DNA from: Ramlibacter sp.
GTDB lineage: Bacteria; Pseudomonadota; Gammaproteobacteria; Burkholderiales; Burkholderiaceae_C
Assembly: GCA_036263715.1 (NCBI GenBank)
Contig: DATAGN010000056.1
Location: forward strand, 1-50,092
DNA: 50,092 nt
Reading direction: 5' to 3'
Under the pieces are notes generated by a model. That model made no database searches. It saw only the letters and a list, made by a program, of their open reading frames with translations, and was not told the DNA's origin. How positions within the stretch are numbered: the stretch's first letter is position 1; the number at the start of each line of letters is the position of its first letter. The position numbers and the translations under genes are program-made. Shown one piece after another: positions 11,605-19,325 of the stretch.

Positions 11605-13551
11605 CTAGCCGGGCTGCCCGGCAGCCACGCGGCCGCGGCCGCCCGCCTGGGCCGGCTCGGCCAAGGGCACGCAGAAGGTGAAGATGGCACCGGCGCCAGG
11701 CGCAGCCGCTGCCCAGAGCCGCCCGTCGTGGCGTTCGATGATGGAGCGGCTGATCGACAGCCCGATGCCCATGCCCTCGTCCTTGGTGGTGTAGAACGCC
11801 TCGAACAGGCGCGGTTCGGCCCCGGGTGGAAAGCCAGGCCCGCTGTCCTGCACGCTCAGGCGGGCAAAGCCGGCCTCGGCGCCGGAGCGGATCACCAACT
11901 CGCGTGGCCCGTCCTGGAGCCCGTCCATCGCTTCGGCGGCATTGAGCACGAGGTTGAGGACCACTTGCTGCAACTGCAGGCGGTCGCCGCGCACGACGAG
12001 CGGGGAGGCACCGAAGGCCAGTTGCACATGGACGCGGCAGCGCTGCAGCTCAGTGGCGCACAGGGCCAGCACGTCCTGCGCCGCTTCGTTGAGATCCACC
12101 GGCTCCACGCTGAAGCGCCTGCTGGCGAACAGGACCCGCAGCCGGGAAATCACGTCGGCGGCGCGGTTGCCGTCGCGCATCGTCCGTCGTGCCGTCTCCA
12201 TTGCCCCCTCGACGTTGGGCGGATCGGCGGCGAGCATGCGCATGCAGGTGGCCGCGTTCAGGATGATCGCCGCAAGCGGCTGCTGGACCTCGTGTGCGAT
12301 GGAGCCGGTCAGGGCGCCCAGGCTGGACGTGCGCACCACCCGCTCGAACTGCGAGCGCATCATGGCGAGAGCCTCTTCGGAGCGGCGCTGCGCGGTCACG
12401 TCCTGCACCGTCCCGATGTAGCCGCGCTGGCCATTGCGGTGCCGCGCCGGATGCACCACCACGTGCAGGATCTTCTCGTCGCCGGCGGCGGTTTGCAGCG
12501 TGTGCTCGCAATCGGCCTGCTGGTCGGACCCTTGCGCCCCCTGTTCGTCGGCGAGCACGTGCACAACCGGGGCGGGCAGCAATGCCGAGAGCGCGCCGGC
12601 AGTCACCGGCTGGCCGGGCGGGAGGGCCAGGATCCGGTACAGCTCCTTGGAACAGGTGACCGCAGCGCCTGCATCCTGCCACCAGAAACTGCCGGTACGG
12701 CTCAGGGCCTGCGCCTCCTCCAGGAAGGCCTGGCTGCGCTCCAGAGCCGCCGCCTGCGCCTGCGCACGCTGCGCCATGTACACCGTGAAGGCGAGCAATG
12801 GACCCAGCAGGGTGCCGATGCCGAGCACCAGCACCGGCAGCGGTGCGGAGGGCGGGTAACCCCCGACCAGGAGAGCTCGCATGAGTGCCGCCGTGAGGCC
12901 CGCCATCCCTGCGGCGATGCCCAGCGGAAGCCAAGGCGGCGTCGGCTGATGCGTGGGTGCCGATCGCCAGGCCAGCGCCACCAGCCCGACGCCTGCGATG
13001 GCGATGCCCACGCCGGTGTGCAGTGCCGCCAGCGACGGTCGTGTGTACAGCGTGGCCACCGCACCGAAAGCGATCAGCACCGAGCCATTGAGGCTCAGCG
13101 CCAGTCCGGTGCGCAGCGGCAGCAGGGTGGATATGGCCAGCAGCGAGCCGGACGCCACGCCCAGGGACACCGCCGTGATGGGTGCCATCCTGCCGGGGCT
13201 GCGCAGCTGCACGTTGATGTAGGAAGGTCCCAGGATCTCGTGGATGCCGGAATTGAGCTTGAAGGCGAAGTCCGCGTACGACAGGCCCGCCACCACGAGG
13301 ACGGGGAAGGCGCACAGCGCGGCCACCCAGCGCGGGCCGCGCAACGCCAGCACCAGCAAGGACACCCCCAGCAGCCAGAACGAGGCGGCGACGTTGCGCG
13401 TCATCGGTGGCAGGTTCGGCTGGATCTGGATCAGTGCGGGCACGCGGGCGATCCATCCGGCCAGCACGATGGAGCCGAGCGCGACCAGCAGCAGTGCGCA
13501 GCCGGCGGCCAAGCCGGTGGACCAGCGTCTGCCTTGCGCGCTCCGGCTCAT
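11605..13551 (-). CDS. Membrane sensor histidine kinase (multi-TM N-terminus + PAS + HisKA + HATPase)
   Basis: About 7-8 hydrophobic helices; LEEAQALSRTGSF PAS start; GSIAHEVQQPL; QQVVLNLVLNA; FYTTKDEGMGIGL. Confidence 0.92.
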   Translation of the reverse strand: MSRSAQGRRWSTGLAAGCALLLVALGSIVLAGWIARVPALIQIQPNLPPMTRNVAASFWLLGVSLLVLALRGPRWVAALCAFPVLVVAGLSYADFAFKLNSGIHEILGPSYINVQLRSPGRMAPITAVSLGVASGSLLAISTLLPLRTGLALSLNGSVLIAFGAVATLYTRPSLAALHTGVGIAIAGVGLVALAWRSAPTHQPTPPWLPLGIAAGMAGLTAALMRALLVGGYPPSAPLPVLVLGIGTLLGPLLAFTVYMAQRAQAQAAALERSQAFLEEAQALSRTGSFWWQDAGAAVTCSKELYRILALPPGQPVTAGALSALLPAPVVHVLADEQGAQGSDQQADCEHTLQTAAGDEKILHVVVHPARHRNGQRGYIGTVQDVTAQRRSEEALAMMRSQFERVVRTSSLGALTGSIAHEVQQPLAAIILNAATCMRMLAADPPNVEGAMETARRTMRDGNRAADVISRLRVLFASRRFSVEPVDLNEAAQDVLALCATELQRCRVHVQLAFGASPLVVRGDRLQLQQVVLNLVLNAAEAMDGLQDGPRELVIRSGAEAGFARLSVQDSGPGFPPGAEPRLFEAFYTTKDEGMGIGLSISRSIIERHDGRLWAAAAPGAGAIFTFCVPLAEPAQAGGRGRVAAGQPG

Positions 13552-13659
13552 GTGCCTCGCCTCCTTGCCCCCGCGCCGCGCCCGCCGCGGCTGCAGCCCG
13601 CAAGCATGCCTGCATCGTTCCCATGCGTCCAGCGGCCAGCGACGGCCGCCGCACGCCGG

Positions 13660-14613
13660 CTAGCCGCGAAAGGACGCGCGGATCTCGCGCACGGTGGCCG
13701 CAGGACTTTGCAGATGCGGGTAGTGCCCGATGTCGCGCAGGATCTCGAGCTTCAGCCCGGCCTTCACGGCGAACTCCACCCCCATGGCCGGATGGATGTA
13801 GAAGTCGCGCTCGCCCCAGAGCACCTTGACCGGCGTGCGCAGCCGCGCCAGGCTGGATTCGAAGTAATGCTGGTCCTCGTCGAAATGCGAGTAGTAGTGA
13901 AAGAAGCCGTCGGCGCTGCTCATCTCCGGGTGGTCCCAGCCGCGCAGCATGTCCTGCGTGAACTCCCGCGGGATGTCGAACTGCTGCTGTTCGGACAAGC
14001 CGCGCCGGTACGCGTTGTGCACGATCTCGTCGCGGTTCCTGTTCATCAGCGAGCGGGTCACCTCGGAGCCCCGCCGCTTCTTCAGGCTTTGCAAACTGGC
14101 GTGCATGTACTGCGGCCGGTCGAAGGGTGCGAAATCCCCGACGATGATCCGACGCGCGATGGCCGGTTTTTCCAGCGCGAGCAGCAGCGCGGGCAGGGCA
14201 CCGATGTCGGTCGCGTAGATCGTCAATCGCGCGCTGTCGATGCCTGCGGCCTCGATGTAGGCCTCAAGCACGCGCGCGTACTCGCGCGGCGCGTACGAGA
14301 AGTGCTGCGCGGGCGGCCGCGTCGACTGCCCGTAGCCGGGCCAGTCGAAGGCGTGCACCTCGTACGCGCCGCCGAGGTCCTCGGCGATGCCCTTCCAGGC
14401 GAGGATCGTTTCGGGAAACCCGTGCAGCAGCAGCACGGTACCGGCCGCGCGCTCGTTGCGCACCACCAGCCGGCGAAGCTGCAGCTGCGGGCTGACGCGC
14501 AGCTGGCTCGTCTCCAGCACTGCACGCGCCGGCGCAGGCAAGCTGGCGCAGGCGCCCAGCACCGGCAGCGACAGGGCCGGAAGGAGAAAGCGGCGACGGG
14601 AGCAAGGCGTCAT
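13660..14613 (-). CDS. Alpha/beta hydrolase (Asp-nucleophile, epoxide hydrolase/dehalogenase-like), probable Tat lipoprotein
   Basis: SRRRFLL Tat motif and LGAC lipobox; HGFP oxyanion motif, DWPGYG, ATDIG nucleophile elbow, WGERD, GHYPH. Confidence 0.88.
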   Translation of the reverse strand: MTPCSRRRFLLPALSLPVLGACASLPAPARAVLETSQLRVSPQLQLRRLVVRNERAAGTVLLLHGFPETILAWKGIAEDLGGAYEVHAFDWPGYGQSTRPPAQHFSYAPREYARVLEAYIEAAGIDSARLTIYATDIGALPALLLALEKPAIARRIIVGDFAPFDRPQYMHASLQSLKKRRGSEVTRSLMNRNRDEIVHNAYRRGLSEQQQFDIPREFTQDMLRGWDHPEMSSADGFFHYYSHFDEDQHYFESSLARLRTPVKVLWGERDFYIHPAMGVEFAVKAGLKLEILRDIGHYPHLQSPAATVREIRASFRG

Positions 14614-14880
14614 GAGCAGGTCTCGCGGGGAATTCAGAAGAGCCTTCCTGTGTAGCGCAGACGCGCCTGCACTTCATGCGTCTTTGGATGCACCTGCGCG
14701 TGCGACCACGCGCGTGCGGTCGCACGCGGGCGTGCTGGGTACGAGGGCGGCACCGTCCATGCGCGCGATTGTTGTCGGCTGCGCAACGGCCTCTTGCCGT
14801 GGCGCCGCTTTTTCTCGGACGACCCGCCACCTACATTGGCTGCATCGGAGGCAACTCCATCATCCCGAAAGGAAATCACC

Positions 14881-15300
14881 ATGAAGCGCATCCCCCTCCT
14901 CCTGGCCACTGTCCTGGCCTTCGCCGCCGTTGCGGTGCATGCCGAATCGCCCGACCGCTCCGGCCAGTTCTCGGCCAGCGCGCGGTTCGGCAAGTCCCGC
15001 GCCGAAGTGCTCGCCGAGCTCAAGGAAGCCCGGCGCACCGGGGACATCCTCGCCGCCGGCGACGCGGGCGCCACCGAATACGAGCGCAATCCGAGCGCCT
15101 TCCCGGCCCGCGCCCAGGTGGCCGGCAAGACGCGCGAACAAGTGCGCGCCGAGACCCTGCAGGCGATCGCCGAGGGCGACATCAGGGCCGGCGAGCTGGG
15201 CGTGACCCTGCGCGAGGCCTACCCGAGCTTCTACATGGCGCGCGATGCAGCGCGCGCGCAGCGCACTGCGGCCATGCCGCAACCGGCGATGCCGCGCTGA
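14881..15300 (+). CDS. Secreted DUF4148-like repeat protein
   Basis: Signal peptide MKRIPLLLATVLAFAAVAVHA; two repeats KSRAEVLAELKEARRTG and KTREQVRAETLQAIAEG; AAGGA RBS. Confidence 0.8.
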   Translation: MKRIPLLLATVLAFAAVAVHAESPDRSGQFSASARFGKSRAEVLAELKEARRTGDILAAGDAGATEYERNPSAFPARAQVAGKTREQVRAETLQAIAEGDIRAGELGVTLREAYPSFYMARDAARAQRTAAMPQPAMPR

Positions 15301-15336
15301 CACGGCAACCCCGCAGCGCCGCGGTCATGCCGCAAG

Positions 15337-15364
15337 GCCCCGGATCTTCCGGGGCTTTTTTTTT
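15337..15364 (+). terminator. Rho-independent terminator
   Basis: GCCCCGGA-TCT-TCCGGGGC hairpin followed by T9. Confidence 0.9.
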
Positions 15365-15469
15365 CGTGGTCGCCGCGGGCGGGCACCGGCCTTACGCCTT
15401 AGGTGGCACCCCGGCGGCCGGTGCAGGTGGCCAGCGGGGCTCGGCCAGCGGTGCATGCGCGCCGCCCCA

Positions 15470-15527
15470 CCTTTGGTATCGCCTATACCAACGTGCAATG
15501 GAGCGTGCGCCGCGGCTGATGTGAACT
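15470..15527 (+). promoter_or_regulatory. Tandem operator + promoter: CCTTTGGT-N9-ACCAACGT-GCAA-TGGAGC-N17-TGAACT
   Basis: Near-copy of the 8734-8791 element (TTGGTATCG..ACCAA.GTGCAATGG); precedes the response regulator at 15560. Confidence 0.7.
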
Positions 15528-15559
15528 CACGTTGTCGTCCGGCTTGCGCCAAGGAGCCG

Positions 15560-16291
15560 ATGGACACCACCCGTACACCCCTACCCGCTGGAGAACCCAT
15601 GAACTTCCAATCCCTGCGCCGCTCGCACCTGCTGGTCCTGCATCCCGATCCGATCGTCTGCGCCGGCATCGCCGCGGCCCTGCGCGAGCACGCCGCGTTC
15701 GAGGTGTCCATCCACGGAGCCGACCATGCGTTGGCGGAGCGCCCGCAGGTGGATGTCGTGATCACCGACTATGTCAACGCGATGCGCTTGACCCAATCGC
15801 ACCAGCGCAGGGAGCTCGGGCTGCCGAACGATGCACGGATCCTGGCGCTCACCGCCAATGACCGGGAGGCCGACATCCGGCGTGCCATCGAAGGCGGCGT
15901 CTACGGCTACGTGCTGGTCGGCGGGCCGGTCGACGAGCTGGTCGCCGGCGTCAAGGCGGTGGCCAGCGGCTTGCGTTACATGAGCGCATCGGTGGCGCAG
16001 CGCATGGCCGACAGTCTGACCCGCGCACCCCTGACCTCGCGTGAGCTGGAGGTGCTGTGCCTGGTGGTCAAGGGGCAGCCGAACAAGAGCATCGCGCGGC
16101 AGCTGAGCATCGAGCTGGGGACGGTCAAGTCGCACGTGAGCGCCATCATGGCCAAGCTGGGCGCTGCCTCCCGCACGCAGGCGGCGCGTATCGCGTCCGC
16201 ACGCGGGCTGGTGGAAGAAGGGGCGGACAGCGCGCGCGAGCCGATGTTGCCGCGCATGCGCCAGTTCGAGCCGAGCTTCCAGTACGCCTGA
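15560..16291 (+). CDS. NarL/LuxR-family response regulator with atypical receiver domain
   Basis: LTSRELEVL...NKSIARQLSIELGTVKSHVSAIMAKLG LuxR HTH; receiver with VVITD and ALT but lacking the DD pair and the conserved Lys; AAGGAG RBS. Confidence 0.88.
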   Translation: MDTTRTPLPAGEPMNFQSLRRSHLLVLHPDPIVCAGIAAALREHAAFEVSIHGADHALAERPQVDVVITDYVNAMRLTQSHQRRELGLPNDARILALTANDREADIRRAIEGGVYGYVLVGGPVDELVAGVKAVASGLRYMSASVAQRMADSLTRAPLTSRELEVLCLVVKGQPNKSIARQLSIELGTVKSHVSAIMAKLGAASRTQAARIASARGLVEEGADSAREPMLPRMRQFEPSFQYA

Positions 16292-16305
16292 GCGCCGCCT
16301 GTCCC

Positions 16306-16340
16306 AAGCAACATGCCCCCGCGAGGGGGCATGCTGCTTT
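16306..16340. terminator. Hairpin between convergent genes (probable bidirectional terminator)
   Basis: AAGCA-A-CATGCCCCC-GCGA-GGGGGCATG-C-TGCTT stem with GNRA loop. Confidence 0.7.
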
Positions 16341-16356
16341 CTAACTGGGCTGGCGC

Positions 16357-16929
16357 TCAGACGACCATGCGCGGCACGGGGGAAGTCGGCGCCTGGTCCT
16401 GCGGCGCTTGCTGGGGCCGTTGCGGGACGGCGGGGCGCTTCGGAGCGGTATCGCGTGGCAGCACCCGCTGCGCCGAGTAGCCGGGGTCAGCGTCGCGGGC
16501 GGCTGCATTGCCGGTGTTGGCGGGTCGCGAGACCACCACGTCGCCACCTTCGCGCCCTTCCTTCAGGCGCTCGGCGTGTTCGAGCACCTCCTGCATCTTG
16601 CTGCTCCAGGGCACGCGGTGCAACCGCGCCTGCGCGCCGGACCGGCGCGAGATGACCATCACGTCGATCCAGCGCTTCTTGCCGTCGGCCACCACGGTGC
16701 TGTGCGCGATGTACTGGAACGATTCGGGCAGTTCGGCGGGCCAGCCATACCCCAGGCGCGTCCCCACGGCAGGAACGGCAACCGCGCAGGCGGCCAGCAG
16801 CGCCGGGCCGAGCAGCAGCTTTAGGCGAAAGTGGCGTGCCGTGGTATAGAACACGTACAGCACCAGCACGGCCAGCAGCAGCAGCGCCGCGACCGCCGGA
16901 AACAGCAGGTGGAATTGTTCGCTGAGCAT
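16357..16929 (-). CDS. Hypothetical membrane protein (2 TM + soluble domain + Pro/Gln-rich tail); third gene of the motor-like triad
   Basis: ATG 2 nt after the previous stop; two hydrophobic helices, then LGYGWPAELPESFQYI...WIDVMV...ARLHRVPWS. Confidence 0.8.
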   Translation of the reverse strand: MLSEQFHLLFPAVAALLLLAVLVLYVFYTTARHFRLKLLLGPALLAACAVAVPAVGTRLGYGWPAELPESFQYIAHSTVVADGKKRWIDVMVISRRSGAQARLHRVPWSSKMQEVLEHAERLKEGREGGDVVVSRPANTGNAAARDADPGYSAQRVLPRDTAPKRPAVPQRPQQAPQDQAPTSPVPRMVV

Positions 16930-16931
16930 CC

Positions 16932-17591
16932 TCACGTTCCCTGGCGGACCGAACCGCCCGTATCGCCCAGGATGGGCACGTCGCATTGCAGGTCGACCTG
17001 CGACACCGCGCCGGAAGCCTCCACGTCGAAGCAGAAGGCCGTGCGCTGGCTGCCGATGCGCCCCAGGGACAGGGTGCGATCGGCGACTTCGACCAGCTGG
17101 GGGTTGAGCTTGGTGAGCTTCACGCGCACGGGGTCCGGCGTCGCCGCAAGCTCCCGCATGCCGATCTCGTTCTCGTCGTAGTGGTGGTAGTAGTGCACAT
17201 TCACGACGTAGCGACCGGGCACGATGGCGCGCACCACGGTCGTCTCCTTGTTGATCGAGATCAGCTTGGCTTCGCCCTGGACGCCGGCATAGAGGTCACC
17301 AAAGCCGCCCCGGTCGTCTCGGTCGAGCGTCGCGACGCCCGCGTCCTTGGCGGCATAGCTCACCTTGCGGCCGTCCGGCAGCATCAGCCACAGGTCCAGG
17401 TCCGCAAAGCTCTGGTCCGCCCAGGTCAGCTCGAGCACCAGTTCGGCCTTGAGCTCCGCGGACCTGGCCTGCGCAGGAGGGTTCATCTGCACCAGCGCGA
17501 TCGCCGAGACCACCACGAACAGCATCAGCAGGTTCAGCAGGAGGTCGATGGCGGCGATCGCGTTCGCCTTGTCGCTGCCGTTACTGCTCAT
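16932..17591 (-). CDS. Single-TM protein with ExbD/TolR/MotB-like Asp-bearing helix and YfaP/DUF2135-like soluble domain
   Basis: AAIDLLLNLLMLFVVV helix (Asp16); LTW...DLDLWLMLPDG...LDRDD...PGRYVVNVHYY; overlaps the upstream gene by 11 nt. Confidence 0.8.
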   Translation of the reverse strand: MSSNGSDKANAIAAIDLLLNLLMLFVVVSAIALVQMNPPAQARSAELKAELVLELTWADQSFADLDLWLMLPDGRKVSYAAKDAGVATLDRDDRGGFGDLYAGVQGEAKLISINKETTVVRAIVPGRYVVNVHYYHHYDENEIGMRELAATPDPVRVKLTKLNPQLVEVADRTLSLGRIGSQRTAFCFDVEASGAVSQVDLQCDVPILGDTGGSVRQGT

Positions 17592-18051
17592 GGCGCGCTG
17601 CCAGGTTCAGGTTGATCACCTGCAGCTTCAGGCCCACGGCGCCGACCAAGCCCACCAGCGTGTTCACCAGCGCGGTGGCGGAACCGGCCGTGAGGCTGCT
17701 GATTGCGCGCCGCGCCACCGTCACGTCGGCGCCGGCGAGCGAGGAAAAGGACGTGGTCAGCAGCTCCATGAAGCCGATGACGGTGCCGATCAGGCCCAGC
17801 ATCGTCATCAGCGTCACGGCGTAGTCGTAGCCTTCCTGGTAGCGCAGGTGCCAGGTGAGGTCGCCGCGGCCCACGCGCCGCGTGAGCCGGCCGACGAAGA
17901 CGGTCACCACGAAATACGTGGTCAAGGTGATGAAGCTCACCTTGTAGGCATCGACGCGCCACATCGCTCCCAGATGGTCCGTGACAGCGGCGATGGCCAA
18001 GCCAGCGACGCTGCACAGAAACACGAGCCACCATCGCAGGTTCGCAACCAT
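17581..18051 (-). CDS. Compact MotA/TolQ/ExbB proton-channel family protein
   Basis: LGLIGTVIGF and GSATALVNTLVGL channel-helix signatures; GGAGG RBS. Confidence 0.88.
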   Translation of the reverse strand: MVANLRWWLVFLCSVAGLAIAAVTDHLGAMWRVDAYKVSFITLTTYFVVTVFVGRLTRRVGRGDLTWHLRYQEGYDYAVTLMTMLGLIGTVIGFMELLTTSFSSLAGADVTVARRAISSLTAGSATALVNTLVGLVGAVGLKLQVINLNLAARHEQ

Positions 18052-18067
18052 GTCGTGATCCTCCGGG

Positions 18068-18169
18068 TCAGTACCGATGCGGCGCGGGCGGCCGCCGTAT
18101 CAGTCGGGGTCGGGTCGCACGAGGCTGCTGGCAGCACGCGGGCGAAGTCGTGGGGGTGGCTCTTGGCAT
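18068..18169 (-). CDS. Putative 33-aa leader peptide MPRATPTTSPACCQQPRATRPRLIRRPPAPHRY
   Basis: TAGGAG RBS 5 nt before ATG; stop 16 nt before the MotA-like start, next to its RBS. Confidence 0.4.
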   Translation of the reverse strand: MPRATPTTSPACCQQPRATRPRLIRRPPAPHRY

Positions 18170-18333
18170 GTGTGCTCCTAGGAAAACAGGGCGGCAGCGC
18201 AACACTCGTCCCTGGGGACGCCAGCGTCGCCGCATGCACCCGCACGCGCAGCCCTGTGGCACGCGCCGGGGCGAACTCCACGGGCCGCCGCCGGGCGCTG
18301 GCGCCGCGCGAGGCGGCCCGCTTGCCGCGGCCG

Positions 18334-18591
18334 CTACGCGGCCAGCCGTACCCGCTGCCGCGCACGCGCGGGCACGCGGTGCGGCAGCAGCCCCAGCTTG
18401 CGCCGCACCGAGTCCTCGTACTCCCAGTCCGCGGCGCAGTCCGGGTCGCAGAACAGTCGACGGGCGACGTCGTCGGCACCACAGTTGTGGCAACAGCCCA
18501 CGGGGTGCAGCACCGCACCGTGCCGCTGCTGCAGGGCGTAGGCGAGGTGGTGCTGTTCGGAATCAAAGGCGAGGTCTGCTTCGTCGGCCAT
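18334..18591 (-). CDS. TraR/DksA-like small Zn-finger protein (85 aa)
   Basis: N-terminus MADEADLA (F TraR begins MSDEADEA); CHNC...FCDPDC Cys cluster; AGGAG RBS. Confidence 0.8.
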   Translation of the reverse strand: MADEADLAFDSEQHHLAYALQQRHGAVLHPVGCCHNCGADDVARRLFCDPDCAADWEYEDSVRRKLGLLPHRVPARARQRVRLAA

Positions 18592-18644
18592 GTCGGCTCC
18601 TGCGTCGTTCGTATCGATGTCAACCGTCGCCGGGGCGACGGCAC

Positions 18645-18872
18645 TCACCCTGCCTGGCGCCGACACAGGAGCGCGGCCAGCAGCCGCTTCCATGGACGTC
18701 GCCGCTCTCCGCGCGCCTCGAAGTGCGCGGGTCCGGGCTCGTGTGCGCCTTCGAAGGCAGTGGCGTACTCGGGGCCGCGGGTCGTCTCGCCCAGGCGCCT
18801 GCTGAAGGTCAACGTCGTCGGCCATCCCGACGCCGGGGCGTCGGAGCGTGAAGTCGAGCGGGCCTTGTGCAT
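18645..18872 (-). CDS. Hypothetical 75-aa protein (WPTTLTFSRRLGETTRGPEYATAFEG core)
   Basis: First ORF after the 18901-18941 promoter; core recalls small betaproteobacterial phage/prophage proteins (from memory, unverified); weak RBS. Confidence 0.5.
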   Translation of the reverse strand: MHKARSTSRSDAPASGWPTTLTFSRRLGETTRGPEYATAFEGAHEPGPAHFEARGERRRPWKRLLAALLCRRQAG

Positions 18873-18900
18873 GGTGCATCGGAGTAGGAGGGACGGCTGC

Positions 18901-18941
18901 ATGAAAGCAGACGGCCGCCGTGCGGTCGATAGCACCAAGGT
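18901..18941 (-). promoter_or_regulatory. Operator + promoter: ACCTTGGT-GCTA-TCGACC-N17-TTTCAT
   Basis: Mirror image of the divergent element at 19004-19061; an extra core ACTTTGGT lies at 18975-18982. Confidence 0.72.
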
Positions 18942-19003
18942 CTCGCCTGGCCTTCCTGCGCACACGGCGCTGCGACTTTGGTGACACGGCTGCTGCGGGT
19001 GAC

Positions 19004-19061
19004 ACCAAGGTACCGGGAACACCATCGTTCAATTGCCCGCACGCGGTGCGTCTGCTTTCAT
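19004..19061 (+). promoter_or_regulatory. Tandem operator + promoter: ACCAAGGT-N9-ACCATCGT-TCAA-TTGCCC-N17-TTTCAT
   Basis: Conserved spacing; directly upstream of the AGGAG RBS at 19075. Confidence 0.75.
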
Positions 19062-19085
19062 GAATGCATCCTTCAGGAGATGGCG

Positions 19086-19325
19086 ATGGATACCTCATGG
19101 ACCGAAGCGGCCGCCAGCGGCCGCCAGTACGAGCTCCGATTCGCGGGGCTGTACAACATGGGCCGCGGCTACGCGTTCCCGTGCGACCCGCAGGGCAACG
19201 TGGACGTGGCGATGCTCAGCGAGCGCGCCCGGGCGAACTACCTGCGAGCGCGGGCTGCCGTGGGTCGTGACTTCTTTCCTCCGGTGATGTGCGCCTGCGC
19301 GGCCGGCGGAGATCTCCATGCGTGA
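19086..19325 (+). CDS. Conserved hypothetical small protein (YELRF..L...GRGYAFPCD motif)
   Basis: AGGAG RBS; globular-protein-like composition; overlaps the next gene by 8 nt. Confidence 0.75.
   Translation: MDTSWTEAAASGRQYELRFAGLYNMGRGYAFPCDPQGNVDVAMLSERARANYLRARAAVGRDFFPPVMCACAAGGDLHA

Noticed and set aside
16932-18051. Flagellar MotAB, TolQR/ExbBD or Zorya
   Set aside because: No OmpA-like or ExbD domain, no ZorA tail, and no tonB/tolA/zorCDE or flagellar neighbours
16357-18872. Intact prophage
   Set aside because: No integrase, att repeats, structural, lysis or replication genes visible
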